In this document: piece by piece, positions 1-8,882 of the stretch
How the letters are laid out: every line of letters begins with the position of its first letter
Position numbering within the stretch: the first letter of the stretch is position 1
DNA from: Desulfobacterales bacterium
GTDB lineage: Bacteria; Desulfobacterota; Desulfobacteria; Desulfobacterales; UBA5616
Assembly: GCA_046483495.1 (NCBI GenBank)
Contig: JAWODC010000074.1
Location: forward strand, 53,052 to 117,051
Direction: 5' to 3'
DNA: 64,000 bases
Position numbers and translations under genes: made by a program
The notes under the pieces: generated by a model
Told to the model about the DNA's origin: nothing
Databases searched by the model: none
Seen by the model: the letters and a program-made list of their open reading frames with translations, nothing else

Positions 1-375
1 ACACTGGCCTATGTTAAAAACAGGCACCAGTACAATAAGCCGATCGGTGCTTTTCAGATGGTCCAGGAGATGGTCGCCGATATGATTACGGAAACCGATG
101 CCGCCCGTTTTCTCACGTACCGCGCCTGGCAGCGCATCGACCAGGGGAAAAGAGCCCGTATGGAATCTTCCATTGCAAAAGGATACGCCTGCGAAGCGGC
201 TGTCCGCGTAGCCTTGAATGCCGTAAACATTCACGGCGGTATCGGCATCGATGAGCGCCATCCCGTCGAACGCTACCTGCGGGACGCCCGGGCCCTCACC
301 ATCCCCGACGGGACCACCCAAATCCAGAAATTGGTCATCGGCAGGGAGGCAATCGGCATTCGGGCATTTGAATAA
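1..375 (+). CDS. Acyl-CoA dehydrogenase, C-terminal part (5' end outside the window)
   Basis: Frame is open from base 1: YVKNRHQYNKPIGAFQMVQ...IHGGIG...ERYLRDAR...IPDGTTQIQKLVIGR, typical ACAD C-terminal motifs. Confidence 0.92.
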   Translation, partial: TLAYVKNRHQYNKPIGAFQMVQEMVADMITETDAARFLTYRAWQRIDQGKRARMESSIAKGYACEAAVRVALNAVNIHGGIGIDERHPVERYLRDARALTIPDGTTQIQKLVIGREAIGIRAFE

Positions 376-409
376 ACTGGAATGCCCGGCAATAAATAGC
401 ACCCTTCTT

Positions 410-1855
410 CTATTTCTCATGCCCACCGGTCCGATGAACACTTCGGCGCCGGTGCAGCTCGATGACATTGTTTAAAGCACGGCTGCATCGTTCGACACCG
501 GGAAATACCGCATACCCTGCTTCTGTTATTTTCCTTTCGAGATCCAGGCGGATTTTTGCCCGAATGGTTTCGGGAAACACGACCACGATCGGCTTTTTTA
601 CATCCTCGAAGGCCTGTGTCAGCACGCCGAGAATGTGATTGGAAATTTCACCGGCCAGGCTGCCGGCGACCCCTATGTATTCAATGGCCATTACCACGGT
701 GATAATATCGATGTCTTCTTCTCGGTCCAGCCTCTTGAAAAGAGGCCCGTGATTGCCAAGGTCGAAAAAAGACGATGCCATATCCAGCGGGTTTTTGATG
801 GACGTTCCAGGCACATCCACCCATTGGCGAAGATCACGGCATACCGATTCACTGAACTTGGGCACCTCGAACCCATTCATTGAAAACAAGTCCGTAAACA
901 TCACGCCGAGTCCTCCGGATACCGACATCAAAGCCATTTTCCGCCCGTTTGGAACGGGGGAAAACAGCAGCAGTTTGGCGGTATCCAGCATCTCTTCGAT
1001 GGTGCCGACCATGATGGCACCCGCCTGCCGGCACACGGCTTCCCATGCGGTCATGGAACCCGCCATGGCGCCGGTATGCGAGAGAACCGCCCGGGTTCCG
1101 GAATCGGTTTTTCCCCCTTTGAGCACCAGAACCGGCTTTGCCGCCGCAGCGGCCGCCAATGCGCTTCTCAGCGCAGCCCCGTCTTTCGTGCCTTCCAGGT
1201 AGGCGCAGATGATTTCCGTGTCCGGATCTTCGGCCAGATACAAGAGGCTGTCCACCGCGCCGAAGTCGCATTCATTGCCGTATGAAATCGATTTGGCAAA
1301 CCCGATTCCCTTATCCGCCGCCATAAACACGGGTGTCATCGCCACCCCGCCGCTCTGGCTCAAAATGCTGATTCGGCCGTTTGTCAGCCCACGGGGCATA
1401 TCGGCGCGATAGCTCAGCCCCGTTTTGGGGCAATAAAATCCCATGCAGTTGGGTCCGATGAGACGAAGATTTCCTTTTCGAGCGATCTCGACAATTTCAG
1501 CCTCCCGGGCGGCGCCGGCTTCCCCCTCCCATTCCCGAAACCCCGACGTGAACATAACCGCACTTTTGACACCCTTTACCACACAGTCTCTGACGATGTT
1601 CGGAACCACGTTTGCCCGAACCGCGACCACAACGTGATCGACCGGTCCGGGAATATCCAATAAGGATGGATACGTTTCATAATTTTTGATCCGCCCCTTG
1701 GGGTTTATGGCATACAGCTTACCCGTGAAACCCTGTTTCATGTGGGCCAGCAAAAAACCCGGGCCGCCCATTCCCTTGCTGGACTCCCCGACGACTGCAA
1801 CGGACCGGGGATGGAAGAGTCGATCCACCTGATTGAAATGCTCCGTTTTGCTCAT
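410..1855 (-). CDS. ADP-forming acyl-CoA synthetase alpha-type subunit (CoA-binding plus ligase domains, no ATP-grasp)
   Basis: PRSVAVVG, GPNCMG, SQSGG, SYGNE and phospho-His motif SHTGAMAG; SD AAGGAG upstream. Confidence 0.88.
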   Translation of the reverse strand: MSKTEHFNQVDRLFHPRSVAVVGESSKGMGGPGFLLAHMKQGFTGKLYAINPKGRIKNYETYPSLLDIPGPVDHVVVAVRANVVPNIVRDCVVKGVKSAVMFTSGFREWEGEAGAAREAEIVEIARKGNLRLIGPNCMGFYCPKTGLSYRADMPRGLTNGRISILSQSGGVAMTPVFMAADKGIGFAKSISYGNECDFGAVDSLLYLAEDPDTEIICAYLEGTKDGAALRSALAAAAAAKPVLVLKGGKTDSGTRAVLSHTGAMAGSMTAWEAVCRQAGAIMVGTIEEMLDTAKLLLFSPVPNGRKMALMSVSGGLGVMFTDLFSMNGFEVPKFSESVCRDLRQWVDVPGTSIKNPLDMASSFFDLGNHGPLFKRLDREEDIDIITVVMAIEYIGVAGSLAGEISNHILGVLTQAFEDVKKPIVVVFPETIRAKIRLDLERKITEAGYAVFPGVERCSRALNNVIELHRRRSVHRTGGHEK

Positions 1856-1948
1856 TCACATCTCCTTTTATTCAGTTCCCCCGGCTCGAGGTTCGGTAGA
1901 CGGCATGGTATGAAACGAACGTTTATAGCCCTTCGGGTCGTCACAATG

Positions 1949-1972
1949 CATGAAAATGAGTTTACTTTCATG
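1949..1972. promoter_or_regulatory. Imperfect palindrome, candidate transcription-factor operator
   Basis: CATGAAAATGAGTTTACTTTCATG, about 95 nt upstream of the 410..1855 gene. Confidence 0.45.
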
Positions 1973-1999
1973 TTCGGTACACCGCTTCAGCCGAATACG

Positions 2000-3535
2000 C
2001 TATAGCCGATTCTCCTGCTTTTCCATGTCGATCCATCCATACGTCCGCTCAACCGCCTTTTGCCACCCCGATATCCCTTTTCTTCTTTCAGCGTCTTTCA
2101 TGGCGGGGCTCCAGGTCCTGTCCACAGACCAATTTTGGACAAGCTCATCGAAATCCTTCCAAAAGCCGATCGCTAGTCCCGCAGCATACGCAGCACCCAG
2201 CGCCGTGGTTTCGGTCACCGTCGGACGAATCACCGGGACATTTAAAATATCCGACTGGAACTGCATCAACAAGTCATTTTCAACCATGCCCCCATCCACC
2301 TTGAGATGCTTTATCGAAACCCCGGAATCCATGTTCATGGCGGCAACGATATCATGGGTTTGATAAGCGCATGCCTCCAATGCCGCCCGTGCTATATGAG
2401 CTTTGGTGATGTATCCGGTAAGCCCTACCACCACACCCCTGGCATCGGAGCGCCAATAGGGCGCAAACAGTCCGGAAAATGCCGGCACAATGTAAATATC
2501 ACCGCTGTCATCGACACCTCGGGCGACTTGTTCGACTTCTTTTGCGGTGGAAATGATACCGAGATTGTCCCGCAGCCACTGGATCAAAGCGCCGGCCACC
2601 GCTATGGAACCTTCAAGACAATACACCGGCCTCTGTCCCCTCACCTGGTATGCCACGGTTGTGATCAGGCCGTTTTGCGATAATACCGGCCGGCTGCCCG
2701 TATTCATCAAAAGAAAGCAGCCCGTGCCGTATGTATTCTTCGCATCACCGGGCGAAAAACAGGTTTGTCCGAAAAGGGCGGCCTGCTGATCACCCAGGGC
2801 GCCGCATACGGGAATTTCGGCACCTAACGGGCCGTCGGACCGGGTGGTTCCCCAGGACCGGTCATCCATTGACGGCACAATTTCAGGCAGGATTGCGGCC
2901 GGAATATGCAACCGCTCGAGCATTTCTTCATCCCAGGCAAGCGTGCCGATGTTCATGAGAAGCGTGCGGGAGGCATTCGTTACATCCGATACGTGAACAC
3001 CGCCGTCAGGCCCGCCGGTAAGATTCCAAATGATCCACGATTCGATCGTTCCGGCAAGCAAGTCTTCGGTTTTGACCGCTTTGCCTTCCCGAGCGATCGC
3101 GTCGAGAATCCAACGCAATTTCGGGCCTGAAAAATACGTGGCGACCGGCAGTCCGGTCTTTTCACGAAACCCATCCAGACCGTACGTTGCCGTCAAATCA
3201 CGGCACAGGCGGTCCGTGCGCGTACACTGCCATACCACGGCATTGTAAACGGGAATCCCCGTATGCCGGTTCCAGACCACCACCGTTTCCCGCTGGTTGG
3301 TAATTCCCAATGCGGCGATCTCGGCTCCGGAAACACCGGACTTGCCCAGTGCCCTTTGCATGACGGATCGCGTGTTTTCCCACATTTCGACCGGGTCATG
3401 CTCGACCCAACCGGGGCGGGGAAATATCTGGCGGTGCTCCTTTTGGCTGGAGCCGACAATGCAGCCTTCTTTATCGAAAATGATGAACCGACAACTGGTG
3501 GTTCCCAAATCCAGCGCTCCGATATACTTGAACAT
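2000..3535 (-). CDS. glpK: Glycerol kinase
   Basis: [68 protein letters not shown]. Confidence 0.96.
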   Translation of the reverse strand: MFKYIGALDLGTTSCRFIIFDKEGCIVGSSQKEHRQIFPRPGWVEHDPVEMWENTRSVMQRALGKSGVSGAEIAALGITNQRETVVVWNRHTGIPVYNAVVWQCTRTDRLCRDLTATYGLDGFREKTGLPVATYFSGPKLRWILDAIAREGKAVKTEDLLAGTIESWIIWNLTGGPDGGVHVSDVTNASRTLLMNIGTLAWDEEMLERLHIPAAILPEIVPSMDDRSWGTTRSDGPLGAEIPVCGALGDQQAALFGQTCFSPGDAKNTYGTGCFLLMNTGSRPVLSQNGLITTVAYQVRGQRPVYCLEGSIAVAGALIQWLRDNLGIISTAKEVEQVARGVDDSGDIYIVPAFSGLFAPYWRSDARGVVVGLTGYITKAHIARAALEACAYQTHDIVAAMNMDSGVSIKHLKVDGGMVENDLLMQFQSDILNVPVIRPTVTETTALGAAYAAGLAIGFWKDFDELVQNWSVDRTWSPAMKDAERRKGISGWQKAVERTYGWIDMEKQENRL

Positions 3536-3638
3536 GTGAGGGGCTCCCTTTGTATATGGATGATATAATCCGTTCGGGGGGTTTCTAAAGCGTACAGGCT
3601 GTGATTGAGGCTTTATGCCGTGCAGTGTAGCACTAGCG

Positions 3639-4313
3639 CTAACGAACCGTCGGCCCTCGTTTGTTTATCTGGTCTTTAAGCCATAAGAGCCACGCCTCGA
3701 AGCCTTCACCTGTCGTGCAGGAGATTTGAAAAATCGTGACGTCCGGATTCAGCTCGCGGATCGCCCGGTTAAATGCGTTGATGTCGAAACGAAGATGCGG
3801 CAGCAAATCGATCTTATTCACCAGGACGACATCGGCTTCCGTAAACATCAATGGATATTTTTCGGGTTTATCATCCCCCTCCGGGATGCTCAGCAAAATG
3901 GCCTTCTTATGTTCGCCCAATTCAAATTCCGCCGGACAAATAAGATTGCCGACATTTTCGATCAAGATAAGATCGGTCTGTTCCAGCGGCAGATTATTCA
4001 ATGCATTCTCGACCATGTTGGCGTCCAAATGGCATCCCCCGGGGAAATTGATCTGAACCACGGGTACTCCCTGCTCATTGATTTTGTCTGCATCGATCGT
4101 AGAGGCGACATCGCCTTCGATAACCGAAATGCGCAGGTTTTCCTTCAGCCCGTTTATCGTTTCCATGATGAGGCTGGTTTTCCCCGCGCCGGGTGAAGAC
4201 ATGATATTCAGTGCGAAAATATTGAAGTCATCGAACCGCCGCCGGTTGCCCTGGGCTTTCATTTTATTGGCGCCCATGATGTCTTCCCGAATACTCAAAA
4301 CTTTAACGGCCAT
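3639..4313 (-). CDS. hypB: Hydrogenase nickel-incorporation GTPase HypB (no His-rich N-terminus)
   Basis: SSPGAGKT P-loop, [38 protein letters not shown]; start set at ATG 4313 just after the hypA stop. Confidence 0.95.
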   Translation of the reverse strand: MAVKVLSIREDIMGANKMKAQGNRRRFDDFNIFALNIMSSPGAGKTSLIMETINGLKENLRISVIEGDVASTIDADKINEQGVPVVQINFPGGCHLDANMVENALNNLPLEQTDLILIENVGNLICPAEFELGEHKKAILLSIPEGDDKPEKYPLMFTEADVVLVNKIDLLPHLRFDINAFNRAIRELNPDVTIFQISCTTGEGFEAWLLWLKDQINKRGPTVR

Positions 4314-4315
4314 AA

Positions 4316-4657
4316 CTATTCGACCTCTATACTTTCTACATAATATTCTTTCCCGGCCACGACGTCTACGCTTCTTTTCCCGCACTCCGGACATCGCATA
4401 CGCTGATGTTCAGGAATGAAAATGATGCCGCAATTACGGCATCGAAGCTGGGTTTCCGGATGGTTAAACGAAAGAACGGCCTCTTCGGCAATGGTGCCTT
4501 TCTTGATTACGTCAAATTGAAATTGAATGCACTCGGGCACCAGGCCCGTGAGCTTGCCCACCACAAGGTCGATTCGCGTTACCTTGCCCGCATGGGCCGT
4601 TCCCGCGTGTTCAAGTACGATATCCAACATACTGATAGTAAACGGAAGTTCGTGCAT
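4316..4657 (-). CDS. hypA: Hydrogenase maturation nickel metallochaperone HypA
   Basis: N-terminal MHE, CRNC and CPECG zinc motifs, GKEYYVESIEVE C-terminus. Confidence 0.95.
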   Translation of the reverse strand: MHELPFTISMLDIVLEHAGTAHAGKVTRIDLVVGKLTGLVPECIQFQFDVIKKGTIAEEAVLSFNHPETQLRCRNCGIIFIPEHQRMRCPECGKRSVDVVAGKEYYVESIEVE

Positions 4658-4670
4658 CGAAAAAAATACA

Positions 4671-4716
4671 GTCCCATCCGGAAATGCGAAAATTCACGCC
4701 GTTTCCGGATGGGCGC
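4671..4716. repeat. Short (termini-only) copy of the MITE/ERIC-like hairpin repeat
   Basis: GTCCCATCCGGAAATG...GTTTCCGGATGGGCGC; same termini as the copies at 21196, 51106, 56025 and 56069. Confidence 0.8.
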
Positions 4717-4719
4717 CTT

Positions 4720-5838
4720 CTATTTCATCTTTATCAGTTCAGTCCTTCCCGTCTGCTGTGCTCTTATTTTCATAAAATCGAGCCATTCATGGGGATAGAC
4801 GGTGATCTCCTTTTTGCGCTCGAGCTTTCTGGCCTGACTGGGACAAGCCAGTACACAAAGCCCGCAGCCCAGACATTTTTCTTCGTCAGTGACGGCCTTT
4901 TTGTTTTTAGCATCATAGCTGATGGCATTTGCGGGGCATATCTTGATGCATTCTTTCTTTCCATCACACTGGTCCCAATCCTCAACGGCATAAAAGTTGG
5001 ATGTCAAATCAGCTTGTGGAACACCCATCAAATAAACGGAGAGAAGACCGCAATGGCAGGGGCAGCAGGCACAAATCGCAAGCGTATGCTCACAGTTGAA
5101 GGCGTGCAGGACCGCACCCGAGTTCTTGGCTCTTTGATATGTTTTAAGGACATCTTCTTTACTGGCGGGTTTTGCACCCTCACATGCAACAAATGTCTGC
5201 GCCCAGAACCCCAAAAACGTGCACATGTTGTCCACGGGTACACGGGTGCAGGGGTTGCCCCTTATCTGGGCCGTTTTACGGCACTGGCAATCGGTTTGAG
5301 CCAATCCGCCCTGTTCTTCGGCCCCTGCGTGAACGAGGAGATGGGAAAACAGTTCGCTCGGCATTACTTCCATATCGTGGGGAATCGCCTCTTCATAGGG
5401 AAGTACCCTGAACCAGGGTGTTATATCGGGAGTCGGGCCGAAAATGGTCTCAGCCATGGAATCCGGTGTGATTTTATCCAGGACATTTGCGAAAAATTCA
5501 GGGCTGTAATGCTTCACCTGCAACTCATAAGTACCGGGTGCGTAAGGAATCACCATGTAAGAGCGGTTTTCTTTCGGTCCGGAAAGACCGACCCAGGTCT
5601 TGCGGACCAGGCTTTCGAGCAGCGGCTGAATGTCTTCCTTGCTGCGGCCGATTCTCTTTGCGATATCGTCGATATGCTCCGGATAGGCCATTAATTGACT
5701 CATCAGTTCGCCCTCTTCGTCGGTCATCGGGAACGGCCGTTCAAGAATTTTATATTCATCCCCGTCCGCGGTGCGGGGGAAACCAAACGGCATTTTTCGC
5801 AAATGATCGATTACTTTTTTTCCAATTTCAATTTTCAT
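4720..5838 (-). CDS. Cys-rich 4Fe-4S binding protein (HTH-like N-terminus, C-terminal dicluster ferredoxin domain)
   Basis: CQCR, CACCPCHC, CDGKKECIKICP, CLGCGLCVLACP. Confidence 0.85.
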   Translation of the reverse strand: MKIEIGKKVIDHLRKMPFGFPRTADGDEYKILERPFPMTDEEGELMSQLMAYPEHIDDIAKRIGRSKEDIQPLLESLVRKTWVGLSGPKENRSYMVIPYAPGTYELQVKHYSPEFFANVLDKITPDSMAETIFGPTPDITPWFRVLPYEEAIPHDMEVMPSELFSHLLVHAGAEEQGGLAQTDCQCRKTAQIRGNPCTRVPVDNMCTFLGFWAQTFVACEGAKPASKEDVLKTYQRAKNSGAVLHAFNCEHTLAICACCPCHCGLLSVYLMGVPQADLTSNFYAVEDWDQCDGKKECIKICPANAISYDAKNKKAVTDEEKCLGCGLCVLACPSQARKLERKKEITVYPHEWLDFMKIRAQQTGRTELIKMK

Positions 5839-5888
5839 CGAACTCTCCCTTTTTTATGGTTTGGCTGATCTGTCATTTATCCTGATTT

Positions 5889-7166
5889 TCAGGAAGAAGT
5901 CAGGTGCCGTGCCAATCGTTTCCCCAGAGATATCAAGGTGAGCACCGGAGGCAACCCCCAGGCTGTGGGTATTACCGATGCATCACACACGTAGAGATTG
6001 TCCACCTGGGTTTTGAGGTTCCGGTCCACAAACTCACCGATCTTGATGGTGCCGCCCGGGTGCGCCCCCGAGATGGAAGACGTAAACGTGGATGTCGCCC
6101 CGGCATTTTTAAGGATTTGTTCCGCCGTTTCCGTCCCTTCCTTGAATCGCTTTTTTTCCACCTCCCCCAGTTCCTTTAAAACAGGCCCCTTCTCCGTTAA
6201 ACGGCCGCTCAATTCATCCCGGATTTTGACCATGATGGACAAGGCGCTTTTTCCGGAAAACAGTTTGGAGAATTCACCGGCGGAAAGGGCGCTGCTCATG
6301 TATCTCAATCCCGTAAACGTCAGATCGGTCAGCAAATAACCCTCCTTTGAATAGTTGATGCCGGTGGACATGGGAATTTCCCTCAACCCGCCTTTGGTGC
6401 CCTTTACAACACCGGTTACGAGCAGCAGGGGATCGAAAAAAAAATCCCTGCCTACACCATCCACCCCCGACTTTTCCAGTATTTTCGGACTGTACATGCC
6501 GCCGGCGGAAAGAATTACGAGGGGTGCTTCAACCCTTACGGTTTCGTCTTTTTTTCGGAACGCTACGCCTGTCGCCTTGCCGTTTTCGATGATGATCCTG
6601 TCCACCTTGGTTTCGACCGCCAATTCCCCACCGTTTTCCAAGGCTTCAACGGCAAATGCCCTCGCCGTCCACTTCGCACCGTAAGGGCAGTTGTACGTGC
6701 ATTTCCAGCAGCCGGGACGGCATTTGGATGCATCGATGAATTTTGGAATTTTTTGCCAGTCTATTCCCAAATCCAGGGCTGATTCCATAACGCGTTTGGT
6801 CATGGGGCCGATCAACCGATCGGGAAGCGGTTCGATTCCCAGTTCCTCTTTTGTTTCAGCCGCATACTCTCGAAGATCGATGCCATGCGCATCGAATATA
6901 TCATAGGGCGGCTCCAGTGCGGCGCCGCAAAAGGAGAAGGTGGCTCCCCCGACAACGGATTGTGTGATAATCGGTGTCTTGCCCGTAGTGGGAATCGAAC
7001 GGATTGTAGGCATCATTTGCAGCAAACTCCCCTTCACGGCCGGATCTTTGCCTTTTTCCAGCATCAGAACCGTTTTCCCCGCTCTGCTCAATTCCCTGGC
7101 GACCGTACTGCCGCCGGGACCGGACCCCACAATAATCGCGTCAAACGTTTGATTTTCAAGTTTCAT
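5889..7166 (-). CDS. GMC-family FAD oxidoreductase with a Cys cluster
   Basis: IIVGSGPGG Rossmann motif, CRPGCWKCTYNCPYGAK, VILSAGG, AHPGGT, NLYVCDASVIP...GLPPVLT. Confidence 0.88.
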   Translation of the reverse strand: MKLENQTFDAIIVGSGPGGSTVARELSRAGKTVLMLEKGKDPAVKGSLLQMMPTIRSIPTTGKTPIITQSVVGGATFSFCGAALEPPYDIFDAHGIDLREYAAETKEELGIEPLPDRLIGPMTKRVMESALDLGIDWQKIPKFIDASKCRPGCWKCTYNCPYGAKWTARAFAVEALENGGELAVETKVDRIIIENGKATGVAFRKKDETVRVEAPLVILSAGGMYSPKILEKSGVDGVGRDFFFDPLLLVTGVVKGTKGGLREIPMSTGINYSKEGYLLTDLTFTGLRYMSSALSAGEFSKLFSGKSALSIMVKIRDELSGRLTEKGPVLKELGEVEKKRFKEGTETAEQILKNAGATSTFTSSISGAHPGGTIKIGEFVDRNLKTQVDNLYVCDASVIPTAWGLPPVLTLISLGKRLARHLTSS

Positions 7167-7237
7167 ATGGATTCTCCAGATCGCTGAACGATGTTCCCCC
7201 GAGTTGATTCATCAGAAATGCGCTGCTCGGCCGATGC

Positions 7238-8338
7238 CTAAGGCAGCTCAAAATTCCAATTCGGAGCACTCTTTGAAAACGCCGTGACCAAGCCATTCAT
7301 CAATTCAGCGTCGAGTTTCGCAATCGCTTCTTCGGATTTACGGATCATCCGGACGGCGTTTTCCGGACACCCCGATGCACATGCCCCACAGCCGAGACAT
7401 TTTTCAGTGTCCATGACGGCAACCGGATCCAGGCGGATCGCATCCACAAAGCACCGCTCTGCACAGGTTCCACAGGATACGCATTTTTCAGGATCAGCCT
7501 CGGCATAAAAATGATTATTGAAGTAGATATGATCTTTTCCAAATTTCATGGCGAAGAAATTGATGCAGGCATGCTTGCAACAGTTGCAAACGATAAGATT
7601 GGGACCGCCCGTATTGACCTGGCCTTTTTCATGGCACTTTCGAATAATATCGAAGCATTCGTCAAGAGTAACCGGCCGTGCCCAATGATTTTCGACGGCC
7701 CAGCTTGCCATATCTCCGAAACTGAAGCAGCATTCGACAATGCAGTCACAGGAGGCGTCGGAATCGACACCGTGCTTGTCGATAATCCTGCACGGGCATC
7801 CGGATACCGCAATGCTTACTCCCTGATCATGTACGGCCCTGATCTGTTCAAAAAGATTTTCCTCGGGCGTTGCGTCCTCGGGAAGCACATCCACATGACA
7901 CCAAAGCATTCCCGTTTTTCCAAGCTCCGCTATTCCTTCATTGACATAGATAGGCCTGAACTTGTGCCAGAGTTCATTCAACCTTTTTTTAAAGGGGGTG
8001 CTGTTATCCCCCCAGCTCGCCGTTTCGATAATTCCCAACGCCTCCATGCCGATGGGTTTGTATAGCGGATCCTCTCTTCCAGGCTCCCTGTAAACCGTAC
8101 CTTTTTTTTCCATGCTCTCGATCAGGGACAGGAGTTTATCTTTCCGGGTGCCGGTTTTCTCGATCAGCTCATCGATTTTTCCCCCTTCGGGCCCCATTTT
8201 CAAGGCCAGCCGGGCTTCTTCCGGAGTGTATTGAAAATAAAGGATTTCCATTAACTCTGGAGACTTTACACCTGGTTGAGCACGAAATGTAGTAATGAGC
8301 CAATCCGCCAATCGTCCGTATACGGATGCATCGTTCAT
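7238..8338 (-). CDS. Cys-rich 4Fe-4S binding protein, paralog of 4720..5838
   Basis: CPCR, CNCCKHAC, CVSCGTCAERC, CLGCGACASGCP. Confidence 0.85.
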   Translation of the reverse strand: MNDASVYGRLADWLITTFRAQPGVKSPELMEILYFQYTPEEARLALKMGPEGGKIDELIEKTGTRKDKLLSLIESMEKKGTVYREPGREDPLYKPIGMEALGIIETASWGDNSTPFKKRLNELWHKFRPIYVNEGIAELGKTGMLWCHVDVLPEDATPEENLFEQIRAVHDQGVSIAVSGCPCRIIDKHGVDSDASCDCIVECCFSFGDMASWAVENHWARPVTLDECFDIIRKCHEKGQVNTGGPNLIVCNCCKHACINFFAMKFGKDHIYFNNHFYAEADPEKCVSCGTCAERCFVDAIRLDPVAVMDTEKCLGCGACASGCPENAVRMIRKSEEAIAKLDAELMNGLVTAFSKSAPNWNFELP

Positions 8339-8882
8339 TTTTTTCCTTCCGAAAGTTATGGTTTCGTAATAATCGAGACGAAATACAATCGATTCACGGA
8401 AATCTTTCTCAGCCCGCCGTCAATCGCCTTTCTTCACGCACGAACGGACCGTTCACCTTTTTTGTGACGGTTATTGTCAGTGTATGCTTCGAACCGTTCC
8501 CAGTGAATGTATGACGGACGATCAAGGCGGTTCTGTTGCAAAAAAAGTGGCGGAATCTGCCGGGTTGACCTGCTCATAAGGGCGGCTACAAGCCTTTATC
8601 TTCACGAGGCGAGACGCTCCCTATGCAGGATCTGACGATCCATAGGGTATTGCGTAACATCATTCATTTTTAATATCAAGGTTTATCTACTAAGGGTCCA
8701 TCCATATCCGGAATCATCTGAAAACAAATGGGTGGACAAACGATTCTTATCATGATCAAATAAAATTTTCGTGATTTTGTCTTTGCCGGCATTCAATGTA
8801 TCGTCGATCGGAAAGCCGGTGCTTCGATTTCTTAAAACGGCGTAAGCCGAACCGGATACAAAAAATTGAAAGGTGCTGAACA

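Noticed and set aside
4684..5694. Long antisense ORFs (e.g. 4684..5694 +, 13657..14688 -, 31110..31922 +, 44277..45272 -)
   Set aside because: They are shadows of well-supported genes on the opposite strand and carry no motifs
8548..8562. Sigma54-like TGGCGG...TGC
   Set aside because: GG-to-GC spacing does not fit the required GG-N10-GC
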